DNA of 64,000 nt, taken from the NCBI GenBank assembly GCA_963753185.1, contig CAVWBO010000007.1, forward strand, positions 2,507,805-2,571,804. The letters run 5' to 3'. Source of the DNA: an uncultured Acidimicrobiia bacterium. GTDB taxonomy: Bacteria > Actinomycetota > Acidimicrobiia > Spongiisociales > UBA5794. The number at the start of each line of letters is the position of its first letter. The stretch's first letter is position 1. A model generated the notes under the pieces. That model worked only from the letters and a program-made list of their open reading frames with translations. It searched no databases and was not told the origin of the DNA. The translations under genes and the position numbers were made by a program. Shown here one piece after another: positions 36,399 to 46,183 of the stretch.

Positions 36399-37166
36399 AT
36401 GAAGCCGGCGACACAACTCCAGACCCGCAGCGACCTCCGGGAAACGGACCCCGGGGGCCCGCCGCACGGCATCGAGAGGCCCGTCATGCTCCAGGAGTGG
36501 AGGAACATCACGTTCATCCACCACCGTGTCTCCCCCGACCATGTGCAGGCGTTGCTCCCGGACGGTCTCACCGTCGATACCTTCGACGGATCCGCTTGGG
36601 TCGGGCTGGTCCCGTTTCACATGGTCGGCGTCACGGTTCCCGGGATGCCGCGGATCCCGTACCTCGGCACCTTCCCCGAGACGAACGTCCGTACCTATGT
36701 CGTGGACCGCTCCGGGAGGCGGGGGGTCTGGTTCCACTCCCTCGAAGCGTCGCGCCTGATCCCGGTGTGGACGGCACGGTCCGGTTACGCCCTCCCGTAC
36801 ATGTGGGCCAGGATGGACATCACCCAATCGCGGGGGACGATCCGCTACGTCTCCCGACGCCGCTGGCCCGGACGATCCGGTGCAGGAGGTGTCATCACGG
36901 TGCGCCCGAGGATCGAGCCGGTCCCCCAGGACGACCTCGACCGCTTCCTGACCGCCCGTTGGGGTCTCTTCACATCGGGTCCGAAGGGATCACTGCGGTA
37001 TGCACCCGTCGAGCATCCACCGTGGCAGCTTCACGAGGCGGAGGTTCCCCACATCCGCGACACGCTGCTCGCCAGCGCCGGGTACGTCGACCTCGAACCA
37101 GCGGTCCACGTCCGATGGAGCGGCGGCGTACCCGTTCGTGTCGGGCTTCCCCGCCGGGTCCGCTGA
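36399..37166 (+). CDS. DUF2071 (YqjF-like) domain protein
   Basis: ~255 aa with a conserved DUF2071 pattern. RBS GGAGA before the ATG. The stop overlaps the nei start (TGATG). Confidence 0.6.
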   Translation: MKPATQLQTRSDLRETDPGGPPHGIERPVMLQEWRNITFIHHRVSPDHVQALLPDGLTVDTFDGSAWVGLVPFHMVGVTVPGMPRIPYLGTFPETNVRTYVVDRSGRRGVWFHSLEASRLIPVWTARSGYALPYMWARMDITQSRGTIRYVSRRRWPGRSGAGGVITVRPRIEPVPQDDLDRFLTARWGLFTSGPKGSLRYAPVEHPPWQLHEAEVPHIRDTLLASAGYVDLEPAVHVRWSGGVPVRVGLPRRVR

Positions 37167-37967
37167 TGCCCGAGGGCCACACGATCCACCGTGCAGCCCG
37201 GTTGCAGGCCGGAGCGCTGGGTTCAGGACCCGTTACGGTGTCCTCGCCGCAGGGTCGATTCACCCAGGGTGCCGCACTCCTCGACGGTGGAACCGTCGAG
37301 GAGATCGAAGCCGTCGGCAAGCACTTGCTCTACCACTGGGACCGTCGTCCGGTCCTGCACATCCACCTCGGGCTCTTCGGTCGTTTCACGCTGCACCGGG
37401 AACTGCCACCGCCACCGCCATCGCCGAATGCCCGCCTGACGCTGCTCGGCGACGCCGCCGTGTACCTGTCAGGACCGACCATCTGCGAACTACTCGATCC
37501 GCCCGCCGTCGAGCACCTGAAGGCTCGCCTCGGACCCGACCCCCTCGATCCGGCGGCCTGATCCGCAGCGGTTCCTCGACGCGCTCGATCGCCTCGGCGG
37601 ACCGATCGCAGCCGCGCTGCTCGATCAGTCCGTCATCGCGGGGATCGGCAACGTCTACCGCTCGGAACTCCTGTTCCTCACCGGCATCCACCCGAACCGC
37701 CCTGCCAACGAGACCACACGCGCCGAGCGGGAGGACCTGTGGCAGCGATCTGTCGACCTGCTCGGCATCGGCGAGCGCCTCGGCCGGATCGTGACGACCG
37801 ATCCACGGACCGTTGGGGTTGCGAGCCATCGAGAGATCCCGAAAAGGGCGCGGCTGTGGGTGTACAAGCGGCGATTCTCGCCGTGCTACCGATGCGGGAC
37901 GGAGATCCACGCGTGGGATGTGGGCGGCCGGTCGGTGTGGGCTTGCCCCGTGTGCCAGCCCGCGTGA
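37166..37967 (+). pseudogene. nei: Nei/Fpg-family DNA glycosylase (endonuclease VIII-like) interrupted by a +1 frameshift near 37559
   Basis: N-terminal MPEGHTIHRAARL...ARLGPDPLDPAA then stop (37559-37561). The C-terminal H2TH and zinc finger (IAGIGNVYRSELLF...CYRCGTEIH...CPVCQ) continue in the +1 frame from 37560 to 37967. Deleting T37559 restores a single ORF. Confidence 0.7.
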
Positions 37968-38663
37968 TCAGGCCGGTGCGAAGGCGTCTGCCTCGATCAC
38001 CCTGTCACCGGCAATGATGCCAGCGACGACCCTCTCGGCGACGACATCGGGGGAGACGCCCTCCGGCAGGCGAGGCGCCTCACCGGCGATGGCTCGCCCG
38101 ACCAGGCCCGTTTCCGTGTGGGGCGGCCTGGCATCGATCACGGCGATGCCGATGCGCCGCAGCTCGCGGGTGAGGGCCACCGTCGCTGCTGACAGACCGG
38201 CCTTCGCCGCCGAGTAGGTCGCCATGCCGGCGGTCGGCATGGTGGCGACGATTCCGCTCAGGTTGACGATGAATCCACCATCCATGCGCGGGATCGCGTA
38301 CCGATAGACGTGCAGGGGGCCCGTCAGGTCCACGGAGATGACCTCGTCGATGACCACGGGATCGGTGTCGGCGAGAAGCCCGAACGCGACGACGCCAGCG
38401 GCGTTGACGATCCCGTCGAGTCGGCCGTGCGCGGCGATCGCTGCATCCACCGGGATGTGCGCATCGTGCGGGTTGGAGAGGTCGAAGACGGACGTCTCCG
38501 CGCCCGGAATCCCTCGTGCAACCGCATCGAGCCGCTCGTGAGATCTACCGGCGACCGTGATGAGCGCGCCCTCGACAGCCAGGCGCGTGGCGATGCGGCT
38601 CCCGAGCGCTCCGGATCCACCGAGCACGAGGACGGATGACGAACGGAGGTCGATCGATGCCAT
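37968..38663 (-). CDS. SDR-family short-chain dehydrogenase/reductase
   Basis: Start at MASIDLRSSSVLVLGGSGALGSRIA (Rossmann TGxxxGxG-like), with YxxxK downstream. The upstream part of the track ORF is unlikely to be coding. Confidence 0.7.
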   Translation of the reverse strand: MASIDLRSSSVLVLGGSGALGSRIATRLAVEGALITVAGRSHERLDAVARGIPGAETSVFDLSNPHDAHIPVDAAIAAHGRLDGIVNAAGVVAFGLLADTDPVVIDEVISVDLTGPLHVYRYAIPRMDGGFIVNLSGIVATMPTAGMATYSAAKAGLSAATVALTRELRRIGIAVIDARPPHTETGLVGRAIAGEAPRLPEGVSPDVVAERVVAGIIAGDRVIEADAFAPA

Positions 38664-38709
38664 GTCATGTATTCGCTGCCACGGGCCTGCTCGGATCGAC
38701 CTGCGGGGC

Positions 38710-39576
38710 CTACCCGGGCCTGCCTGGGGCGAGGTCCGGGGATGCGATAGCACGAGCTGCGTTGTCCGCCCCTGCACGCATCGCGGCGTCGAGGCCTTCC
38801 CGTCCGAGCCACGCGACGGCGAACCCCGCGAAGAACGCGTCCCCCGCCCCATTCGTATCGATGAAGTGGTCCACGGGCGAGGCTGGGACGTCACACCAGC
38901 CTTGATCTGGCGAAATACCGGAGGCACCGTTTGCGCCATGCGTGACCACGACCGCACGCGATCCCGCCTCGATGCGGCTCTCGGCGAATGACCTCCAGCT
39001 CTCCAGCCGCACGGAGCTGAGGAACAGGTAGTCGGCCGCCTCGATGAAATCGGCGTGGTACTCGTTCACACCGTCGTAGTCGTGTATGTCCACCCAGGCC
39101 TCGCACCCGAGCTGGTCGATTCTCGGGAGGAACGCCCGACAGTGATCGAGGATCGTCACGGACACGATGTCCGCACCTTCCACAACCGCGTCCACGGGTG
39201 TCGGATCGACGACACAGCTCAAGGATCCCGGGTTCTCGAAGATCGAGATGCGCTCGCCGGAGCGGTCCATGAGGTTGACATGACGTGCGGTTCCTGCCGG
39301 GTCGAGCTGTGTGATCAGGGTGACTCCCGCCTCGTCCATGACATCCATGACTCGTTGACCGTTCTCGTCATCGCCCATGAGCGCCCACAGCGTGACGTCG
39401 ACGCCGAGTCCTGCGAGGTTCAGCGCCTTACCGGCTCCGGATGAGCCCACGGTCTGGTGCGTGCGGATCGGGAAGACGGTGTGGGGTGAGGCCTGCGGGA
39501 ACCGATCGAGGTAGATCATCGTGTTCCATGCCACACCGCCCAGCACGACCGCCCTGAGCCCGGGGTGTCCACTCAC
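38710..39576 (-). CDS. PfkB-family carbohydrate kinase (ribokinase-like)
   Basis: DTNGAGDAF nucleotide-binding motif and GG dipeptide. GTG start overlaps the upstream epimerase stop (GTGA). Confidence 0.7.
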   Translation of the reverse strand: MSGHPGLRAVVLGGVAWNTMIYLDRFPQASPHTVFPIRTHQTVGSSGAGKALNLAGLGVDVTLWALMGDDENGQRVMDVMDEAGVTLITQLDPAGTARHVNLMDRSGERISIFENPGSLSCVVDPTPVDAVVEGADIVSVTILDHCRAFLPRIDQLGCEAWVDIHDYDGVNEYHADFIEAADYLFLSSVRLESWRSFAESRIEAGSRAVVVTHGANGASGISPDQGWCDVPASPVDHFIDTNGAGDAFFAGFAVAWLGREGLDAAMRAGADNAARAIASPDLAPGRPG

Positions 39577-40433
39577 GGCGCAGCGACGTGATCTCGCCAG
39601 GAATGGCCGGGTGCGTATCCGAGCACAGCCCTCGCCTTGTCGATTGCCAGGAGGGTCTCGTGACCCGCAATGGGTCGGCTCAGCGGGACGTTCGGATACA
39701 CGGCCTCGAGCAAGGATGCGCTCGGTGTGGTCATGCACGTGTCGGCTGCGGCGACGAGGAAGGCCTCGTGCCCGGTCACGTCCCCGATGAGGGCGAGCCG
39801 TGCTGCTTGCGCGACGTCCCTGGCATCCACGTATCCCCATAGGTTCCACGCCCGGATGCGCGGGTCGTCCCAGAAGTCGGGAAACCGGTCGGTGTAGTCG
39901 GAGGGGTTCATGATGTTGGAGATCCGGAGGGACACGTGGGGAGTGCCGCTCCAGCGTGCGAACTGCGCCGCGATCGACTCTCCCGCGATCTTCGACAGCG
40001 CGTAGTGGGACTCGGGGAGCAGCGGGTGATCCTCGTCGATCGGCGCGTACCGGGGCTGCTCACGCTCGAAGGGGAGCCCGATGAGGGTCTCGGAGGATGC
40101 CCAGACGACCCTCGCCATCTTCAGCTTCCTCGCGGCTGAGAACACGTTGTACGTGGACATCATGTTGGTTCGGAAGGTCTCGCCGTTCGCCACGATGTTG
40201 GGCGCTGGGATCGCCGCGAGATGCACGACGGCATCGAACCCCTCGAGCGACTCGATCGTCTGGCCGAGATCCGTGAGATCCACGACGAGGGTCGGCTGAT
40301 CGGGATCCCTGGACTCGGCGATGTCGATCGATCGCGCTTCGAAACCGTGGGTACGAAGGTCGTCCACCACTGCGACACCCGCCTTGCCGCTTCCCCCGGT
40401 CACCGCCACACGTCCCACGGACACGTCAGCCAC
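39573..40433 (-). CDS. NAD-dependent epimerase/dehydratase-family protein
   Basis: VTGGSGKAG Rossmann motif and a YxxxK motif (YALSK). Confidence 0.7.
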   Translation of the reverse strand: MADVSVGRVAVTGGSGKAGVAVVDDLRTHGFEARSIDIAESRDPDQPTLVVDLTDLGQTIESLEGFDAVVHLAAIPAPNIVANGETFRTNMMSTYNVFSAARKLKMARVVWASSETLIGLPFEREQPRYAPIDEDHPLLPESHYALSKIAGESIAAQFARWSGTPHVSLRISNIMNPSDYTDRFPDFWDDPRIRAWNLWGYVDARDVAQAARLALIGDVTGHEAFLVAAADTCMTTPSASLLEAVYPNVPLSRPIAGHETLLAIDKARAVLGYAPGHSWRDHVAAP

Positions 40434-40484
40434 CTCGATCTCGCTGCCCTCCCACGCTACCAGCGGGCCGGGCCGACGAATCGA

Positions 40485-41928
40485 TCAGGTCGTATCCGAG
40501 ATGTCGACGATCATCGTCTGGAGGTCGGTGAAGTCCCCGACGGTTCCTCGCCCCCATCCCGAGTCCGTGCCCGCGGCGCCGCCGAAGGGCTGGAACGTCT
40601 CCCAGAAGTCCGTGGAGTCGTTGATGATCACCGTGCCCGACCGGATCCGGTCGGTGTACCAGAACGCCCTTCCGAGGGATCTGGTGAACACGGCAGCTTG
40701 GAGACCGAGTCGCGATGACGAAGCGATCGCCACAGCGTGCTCGTCATCGCGCGCGGTGAGCACGGGTAGCACGGGACCGAACGACTCCTCCGTCGCGACG
40801 AGGGCATCCTCGGGAACTCCATCGAGCACGGTGAACTCGTAGTACAGGTCGGTCGGGTAACCGGGGGCTCGATGACCGCCGACGAGCAGGTCGGCGCCGC
40901 GCTCGAGTGCGTCAGCCACGTGCCGATCCATCTTGGCGGCCGTCGCCTCGTTGTTGAGTGGGCCCATCGTGGTGGACTCGTCGAAGGGGTCTCCGAGTCG
41001 GACCGCGGCGGCCGCGGCTCGAGCGAGCTCGACGAACTCGTCGTGGACATCGTCGACGACGATGAGCTTCTCGGTTGCACAGCACACCTGCCCGGCGTTG
41101 TAGTAGGCGCCGTAGACGGCGAGCTCGGCTGCCGCCGCGACGTCGGCGTCGGCGGTGACGATCGTCGGCCCGTTGCCGGACATCTCCATGATCGAGCGCT
41201 TGATACCCATGATCGCCAGGATCCTCTTCCCGGTCTCGGAGGATCCGGTGAAGCCCACACCGTCCACGTGGCGAGACGTGACGAGCTGCTCACCGATCGA
41301 CGCACCACCGGGGATGATCGACACGAGACCCTTGGGGACACCCGCTTCGTCAAACGCCTTGGCGAGCTCGAGGAGGGCCCATGAGGTGAACTCGGGAGGC
41401 TTCGCAACGACGGCGTTCCCTGTTCGCGAGGCCGGGTCCGATGTACTCGAGGGGGATCGTGACGGGGAAGTTCCACGGGGTGATCGCTGCCCAGACACCG
41501 ACCGGTCGGGGGAACGTGAACATGCGCTTGTTCCGGTCCGAGGTCGGCAGGACCGATCCGTTGAGGCGCTTGACATCCTCGGCTGCGTTGAGGAAGTACT
41601 GATTCGCCTCGGTGATGTCAGCGAGAGACTCGGCGTGATACGGCTTGCCTTGTTCGAGGGTCTGGATACGGGCGACCTCCTCGATGTTGTCGGATACCGC
41701 AGCTGCGATGCGATGCATGAGGTCGGCCCGCTCGATTGCGCTCCAGTGTCTGAACTGGTCCTGGGCCTCCCTCGCAGCCAGGAGCGCACGCTCGACATCG
41801 GACGCGGACGCGATCGGGACGTTGGCGACGTGCTCCCCTGTCACGGGAGACATGAGCTCGTGATGCGAATCACCGGTCCCGTCGGTCCACTCGCCCGCGA
41901 TATAGATCTGGAGGTCTGCCGTCATCAC
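40485..41928 (-). pseudogene. aldehyde dehydrogenase (ALDH superfamily) with a frameshift near 41423
   Basis: The N-terminal 168 aa (…WNFPVTIPLEYIGPGLA) lie in one frame. The remainder (TGNAVVAKPPEF...catalytic Cys in QVCCATE...EESFGPV) lies in the +1 frame. Removing one A from GCGAACAGG restores a full ALDH. Confidence 0.7.
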
Positions 41929-42353
41929 GAGTCCTCCATCGCGTCGCGGGCTCTCTCGAGCAGGGCGATAAGGGCACCCTGGTCGATGTCGTCGAGAGAG
42001 GAGAAGCTGATGACGGACTTCCCGACCCTGGCCGCGCCCACGGAAGGCCCGTACGTCTCTGCGATGTACTGACCGTTCTCCACTGCGCTGACATAGACGC
42101 TCAGATAGCGCTTCTGAGCGGCGAGCCCGACGCGGAACCAGGTCGCGATCTCCTTGTCCGACCGGCGCTGGGACATGCGCCCGTAGCCGATGATCTCCTG
42201 TTCCGAGCCTCCCCAGAAGACTCCCTCAAACAGCTCGCGCTCGGAGCCATCCATGACGCGCGAGATGATCCGGTCGAGGGCGATCATGTCGCTCCGTACA
42301 TCGTCAGGGAGCTCGGCGAGGAAGTCGTCGACGTTCCGGTCGGTTCGATCCAT
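41925..42353 (-). CDS. DUF1801 (YdhG/YjbR-like) domain protein
   Basis: ~142 aa matching DUF1801. Start at MDRTDRNVDDFL with an AGGAGG RBS. Overlaps the ALDH start by 4 nt. Confidence 0.6.
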   Translation of the reverse strand: MDRTDRNVDDFLAELPDDVRSDMIALDRIISRVMDGSERELFEGVFWGGSEQEIIGYGRMSQRRSDKEIATWFRVGLAAQKRYLSVYVSAVENGQYIAETYGPSVGAARVGKSVISFSSLDDIDQGALIALLERARDAMEDS

Positions 42354-42458
42354 CCGATGCCGCCTCCTTCGTTCGATCGAAGTGTTCCGAGCGCGCAACC
42401 CTACTCGGCGGTGCATGGGGGGCACCCCACGGGGCGAGCTCCACCGTAACGTGTCGGG

Positions 42459-43100
42459 ATGACCTCCGACCACGATGCATACGGGACGATTGCACGGATC
42501 TATGACCGCGTCCTCGAGCCCGTCACCTCGCCGCTGCGCTCCAGGGCGCTCGAGCTGGCGCCGGCTGAACCAGGGATGCGAGTGCTCGACGTGGGGTGCG
42601 GCACAGGGACCCAGCTGGAGCGATACGCCGAGTACGGAGCCATCGTCACCGGTGTCGACCTCTCCCCCGCCATGCTCGCCGTCGCCGCTGATCGTCTTGG
42701 CAGTGGCGCGACCCTGATCTGCGAGGACGCGTCGAGCCTCTCGCTCGCAGACGGTTCGTTCGATCTGGTGATCGCTTCCCTCCTGCTCCACCAACTCACT
42801 CCGTCGACGCGTTCGGAAGTTCTGCAGGAGATGGTACGTGTCACAGCGCCCGCTGGATCCATGCTGGTCATCGACTACCGGGCAGGTCCGCGACGCTTTG
42901 CGGGACATGCGTGGCGAGCCATCTCCACGGTCATCGAGCGACTCGCGGGACACGACCACTACTCGAACTGGCGCCGGTACCTCACAGACGGTGGCGTCGA
43001 AAAGGTCGTGGTTCCGCCCCTGACGGTCGAGCGGACCAAGCTCATCGCAGGCGGCAACCTCTCGGTGTGGCTGATATCCACGGGGTCTGCGACCGAATAG
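42459..43100 (+). CDS. class I SAM-dependent methyltransferase
   Basis: VLDVGCGTG SAM-binding motif I and a downstream acidic motif. 213 aa. Confidence 0.75.
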   Translation: MTSDHDAYGTIARIYDRVLEPVTSPLRSRALELAPAEPGMRVLDVGCGTGTQLERYAEYGAIVTGVDLSPAMLAVAADRLGSGATLICEDASSLSLADGSFDLVIASLLLHQLTPSTRSEVLQEMVRVTAPAGSMLVIDYRAGPRRFAGHAWRAISTVIERLAGHDHYSNWRRYLTDGGVEKVVVPPLTVERTKLIAGGNLSVWLISTGSATE

Positions 43101-43114
43101 ACTCGGAACCGACG

Positions 43115-44065
43115 ATGATGGATCACACGGTCGCGACGCCATCGACTGTCGAGAGCCGACCGCTACACGGTTTCGACGATGTGATGGCTGTGCATCGGTT
43201 CCTCGCTGACACCTTTGCCCGCACGGGCACGAGCCGCACGTGGGAGGTTCGGCGGTGGGAGGGCAGGTTCTGGCACGACGATCCGGAGGCCCTCAAAGTG
43301 CAGCTCGCGGCGCCGAAGCGAGACGTTCGGATCTGGGAGACGGCGAATGGTGAGATCGTCGGGGTCGCCCATTCCGAGGATGGCGGTGACGTCCACCTGC
43401 AGGTCGACCCGGCTCATGCCGACATCGAGACCGAGATGCTCGAGTGGGCCGAGTCCAACCTCCGAATGTCGATCGGAGGCGGCGCGACGAGGCTCACGAC
43501 GTTCGCTCTGTCAGACGACCATGCCCGAGGACGCCTTCTCGAAGCAAGGGGGTACGCCAGGCAGCCGTGGGAGTCGGTACAGCGCTGGCGCTCGCTCGTC
43601 ACGGCTCTGCCGGATCTGCCACGCGCCGACGGGTACGTGATCCGATCCGCCCGACCGGGCGACGCTGACGAAGCGCAGAGGCTCGCCGACGTGATCAACG
43701 CCGCCTTCGGACATTCGTTCGGCCCCGAGGCCCTGTTGCACTTCGAGCGCGCGCCATCGTTCGTTCCGGATCTCGTGATGATCGCGGAGGCACCGAGCGG
43801 GGACTTCGCCGCCCATGCGGGGATCGTCATCGATCGACGGAACAACCTGGCGATCGTGGAGCCTGTGTGCACGCACCCAGACCATCGGCGCCGCGGCCTC
43901 GCCTCGGCGTGCATGGCAGAAGGCCTTCGGCGAGCGGTGGCACTCGGTGCGAAGCGGGCGACCGTGAGCACGGGCTCTGACAACTCTTCGAACCTCGTGT
44001 ACGAACGCTTGGGATTCACCGAGATCGAACGCATCGAGGCTTGGTCGAGAACGTGGCTCCCCTAG
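43115..44065 (+). CDS. GNAT-family N-acetyltransferase (tandem GNAT-like halves)
   Basis: C-terminal acetyl-CoA-binding motif (IVEPVCTHPDHRRRGLASACMAEGLRRA). Start at MMDHTV. Confidence 0.65.
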   Translation: MMDHTVATPSTVESRPLHGFDDVMAVHRFLADTFARTGTSRTWEVRRWEGRFWHDDPEALKVQLAAPKRDVRIWETANGEIVGVAHSEDGGDVHLQVDPAHADIETEMLEWAESNLRMSIGGGATRLTTFALSDDHARGRLLEARGYARQPWESVQRWRSLVTALPDLPRADGYVIRSARPGDADEAQRLADVINAAFGHSFGPEALLHFERAPSFVPDLVMIAEAPSGDFAAHAGIVIDRRNNLAIVEPVCTHPDHRRRGLASACMAEGLRRAVALGAKRATVSTGSDNSSNLVYERLGFTEIERIEAWSRTWLP

Positions 44066-44128
44066 CCGTCGGCCGAGGACACCGGGTGACCGCCCGAGGG
44101 TCCGGGCACCGGTAGTCTGGCGCTGACC

Positions 44129-44593
44129 ATGGATGACACGACAGCCGCACTGCGAGCACTGCTCGAGGCACACGAGTGGCATGCCGCCGACGACGAGACT
44201 CGCAAGCTCCTCGTCGAGGACGCCGACCTCGGCGGTTTCATCGGCGTCGATGCAGAAGAGGCATCCCTCCTCCATTGCGACCTCCTCGTGGCCATCGATG
44301 CCGCATGGACCAGTGCGAGCGACGGCCACTTCGGCCTGAGCACCCAACAGCGGATCCTCGCACGGGAGCTCAGGGAGAATCTCGCCACGAACGAGACCTG
44401 GCGCTCCTTCGGTCGCGCGGTCGGCTGGGTCCGCGGCAGGGAGTGGATCGAAGCAGACGACCTCGACTATTCCCTCGGCGCTCCCATGGGTCACCTCCCC
44501 TACGTTCCCGGCATCGGCACCGTCGTCACGACCGGGCGGGTGTATGAGGGGTTCCTCGCCTTCTACAACAGGGTCGCCGCCTGTATGGGTTGA
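44129..44593 (+). CDS. GUN4-like domain protein
   Basis: GHFGLSTQQRI...W..FGRAVGW...W...DLDYSLGAPMGHLP resembles the GUN4 domain signature. Confidence 0.5.
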   Translation: MDDTTAALRALLEAHEWHAADDETRKLLVEDADLGGFIGVDAEEASLLHCDLLVAIDAAWTSASDGHFGLSTQQRILARELRENLATNETWRSFGRAVGWVRGREWIEADDLDYSLGAPMGHLPYVPGIGTVVTTGRVYEGFLAFYNRVAACMG

Positions 44594-44687
44594 CGCCACA
44601 GCCCGATGGGAACGCTCCGGGGGTCGATGCTGGTCATCCCTCGAGCGTCGGAGCACCGAATACCGAGGCTTCACGAAAGGGGCCAGC

Positions 44688-46145
44688 ATGCGCATCGCCG
44701 TCACGGGAGCCACCGGGTACATCGGCGGCCGCCTCGTGCCCCAACTCCTTGGGGCCGGGCACGAGGTGGTCTGCCTGGCACGCACGCCGGCCAAGCTCGC
44801 CGACCGCCCGTGGGCCGACAAGGTCGAGGTGGTCGCTGCCGACTTGGTGCGCAGCGATGACCTCGAGGCGTCCCTCGCAGGCTGTGATGTCGCGTATTAC
44901 CTCGTCCACTCGATGGGAGGTGGCGAGGGGTTCGAGGAAGACGACCGCCTCGCTGCCACACGGTTCTCCAAAGCGGCGCACTCTGCGGGGGTCGAGCGGA
45001 TCATCTACCTCGGCGGGCTGGGGATCGACGACGGATCCCTGTCACGGCACCTTGCGAGCCGCCACGAAGTGGGACGGGCGCTCGCATCGGGTGGCGTTCC
45101 GGTCACGGAGTTCCGCGCCGCGGTGATCATCGGATCGGGCTCGATGTCGTTCGAGATGCTCAGGCACCTCACCCAGGTCCTGCCTGCGATGACGACCCCG
45201 AAATGGGTTCGAACCCGTTGCCAACCGATCGCCATCCGAGATGTGCTGTCCTACCTCGTTGCCGGCATCGACGATGATCCACCTGGCCACACCATTTACG
45301 AGATCGGTGGGCCGGACGTACTCACCTACGAGGAAATGATGCAGACCTATGCATCGGTCGCCGGTCTCCCGAAGCGGCTGATCATCCCGGTCCCCGTGCT
45401 CTCCCCAGGACTCTCGTCGTTGTGGATCGGGCTCGTCACGCCCCTTCCCGTCAATGTCGCACGCCCGCTCGTCGACTCCCTCAAGCACGAGGTCGTCGTG
45501 ATGGACGGAACCGCAACGGATCGCTTCGACATTCGCCCCATCGACTTTCGGACCTCGGTCGAGCTTGCGGTCAACATCGCCGACGGTCTGAAGGCTCCGA
45601 CACGGTGGTCCGACGCCGAGGCCTCCCCGGCACGGCCGATGGACGCTGATCCATCGTGGAGCGGAGGGACACTGTTCGAGGACCGCAGGACGATTCACAC
45701 CCATGCCTCGACCGCGGATGTGTATTGGGCGTTCAGCCGTATCGGCGGCGAGGTCGGCTACTACGGATTCGGTTGGGCATGGGCACTGCGCGGTCTCATC
45801 GACACGCTGGTCGGTGGCGTCGGGTTGCGACGAGGACGGCGCCATCCGACCGAGATACGACCGGGGGACGCCATCGACTTCTGGCGCGTCGCCGACGTCA
45901 CCGAGGGCAGTCGCCTCGAGCTCGCAGCCGAGATGAAGCTACCGGGTGACGCGTGGCTCATCTGGAGCGTCGAGCCCGCACCCTCGGGATCGGTGCTCCA
46001 CCAGGAGGCATTCTTCCGTCCGAGGGGCCTGTTCGGTCGCCTCTACTGGTACGCCGTCCTCCCCTTCCACGGACCCATCTTCGGCCGGATGCTGCGACGC
46101 ATCGCTGCCGCAGCCGAGGAACGCCACTCGGACCTTCCTGCGTAA
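44688..46145 (+). CDS. NAD(P)H-binding NmrA/SDR-like oxidoreductase fused to a C-terminal DUF2867 domain
   Basis: N-terminal IAVTGATGYIGGRLV Rossmann motif. C-terminal DUF2867-like region. Start at MRIAV with a GAAAGGGG RBS. The TAA stop lies inside the palindromic element. Confidence 0.65.
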   Translation: MRIAVTGATGYIGGRLVPQLLGAGHEVVCLARTPAKLADRPWADKVEVVAADLVRSDDLEASLAGCDVAYYLVHSMGGGEGFEEDDRLAATRFSKAAHSAGVERIIYLGGLGIDDGSLSRHLASRHEVGRALASGGVPVTEFRAAVIIGSGSMSFEMLRHLTQVLPAMTTPKWVRTRCQPIAIRDVLSYLVAGIDDDPPGHTIYEIGGPDVLTYEEMMQTYASVAGLPKRLIIPVPVLSPGLSSLWIGLVTPLPVNVARPLVDSLKHEVVVMDGTATDRFDIRPIDFRTSVELAVNIADGLKAPTRWSDAEASPARPMDADPSWSGGTLFEDRRTIHTHASTADVYWAFSRIGGEVGYYGFGWAWALRGLIDTLVGGVGLRRGRRHPTEIRPGDAIDFWRVADVTEGSRLELAAEMKLPGDAWLIWSVEPAPSGSVLHQEAFFRPRGLFGRLYWYAVLPFHGPIFGRMLRRIAAAAEERHSDLPA

Positions 46146-46183
46146 CTGGGTTCCACCCAGGGTGGAACCCAGTTACGCAGGAA
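46135..46183. repeat. 49-bp palindrome (copy 2 of the element at 10723-10776) supplying symmetric TAA stop codons to both convergent genes
   Basis: TTCCTGCGTAACTGGGTTCCACCC-A-GGGTGGAACCCAGTTACGCAGGAA. The plus-strand gene stops at TAA 46143-46145 and the minus-strand DUF1365 gene at TAA (reverse complement of 46173-46175), both inside the arms. Confidence 0.8.
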
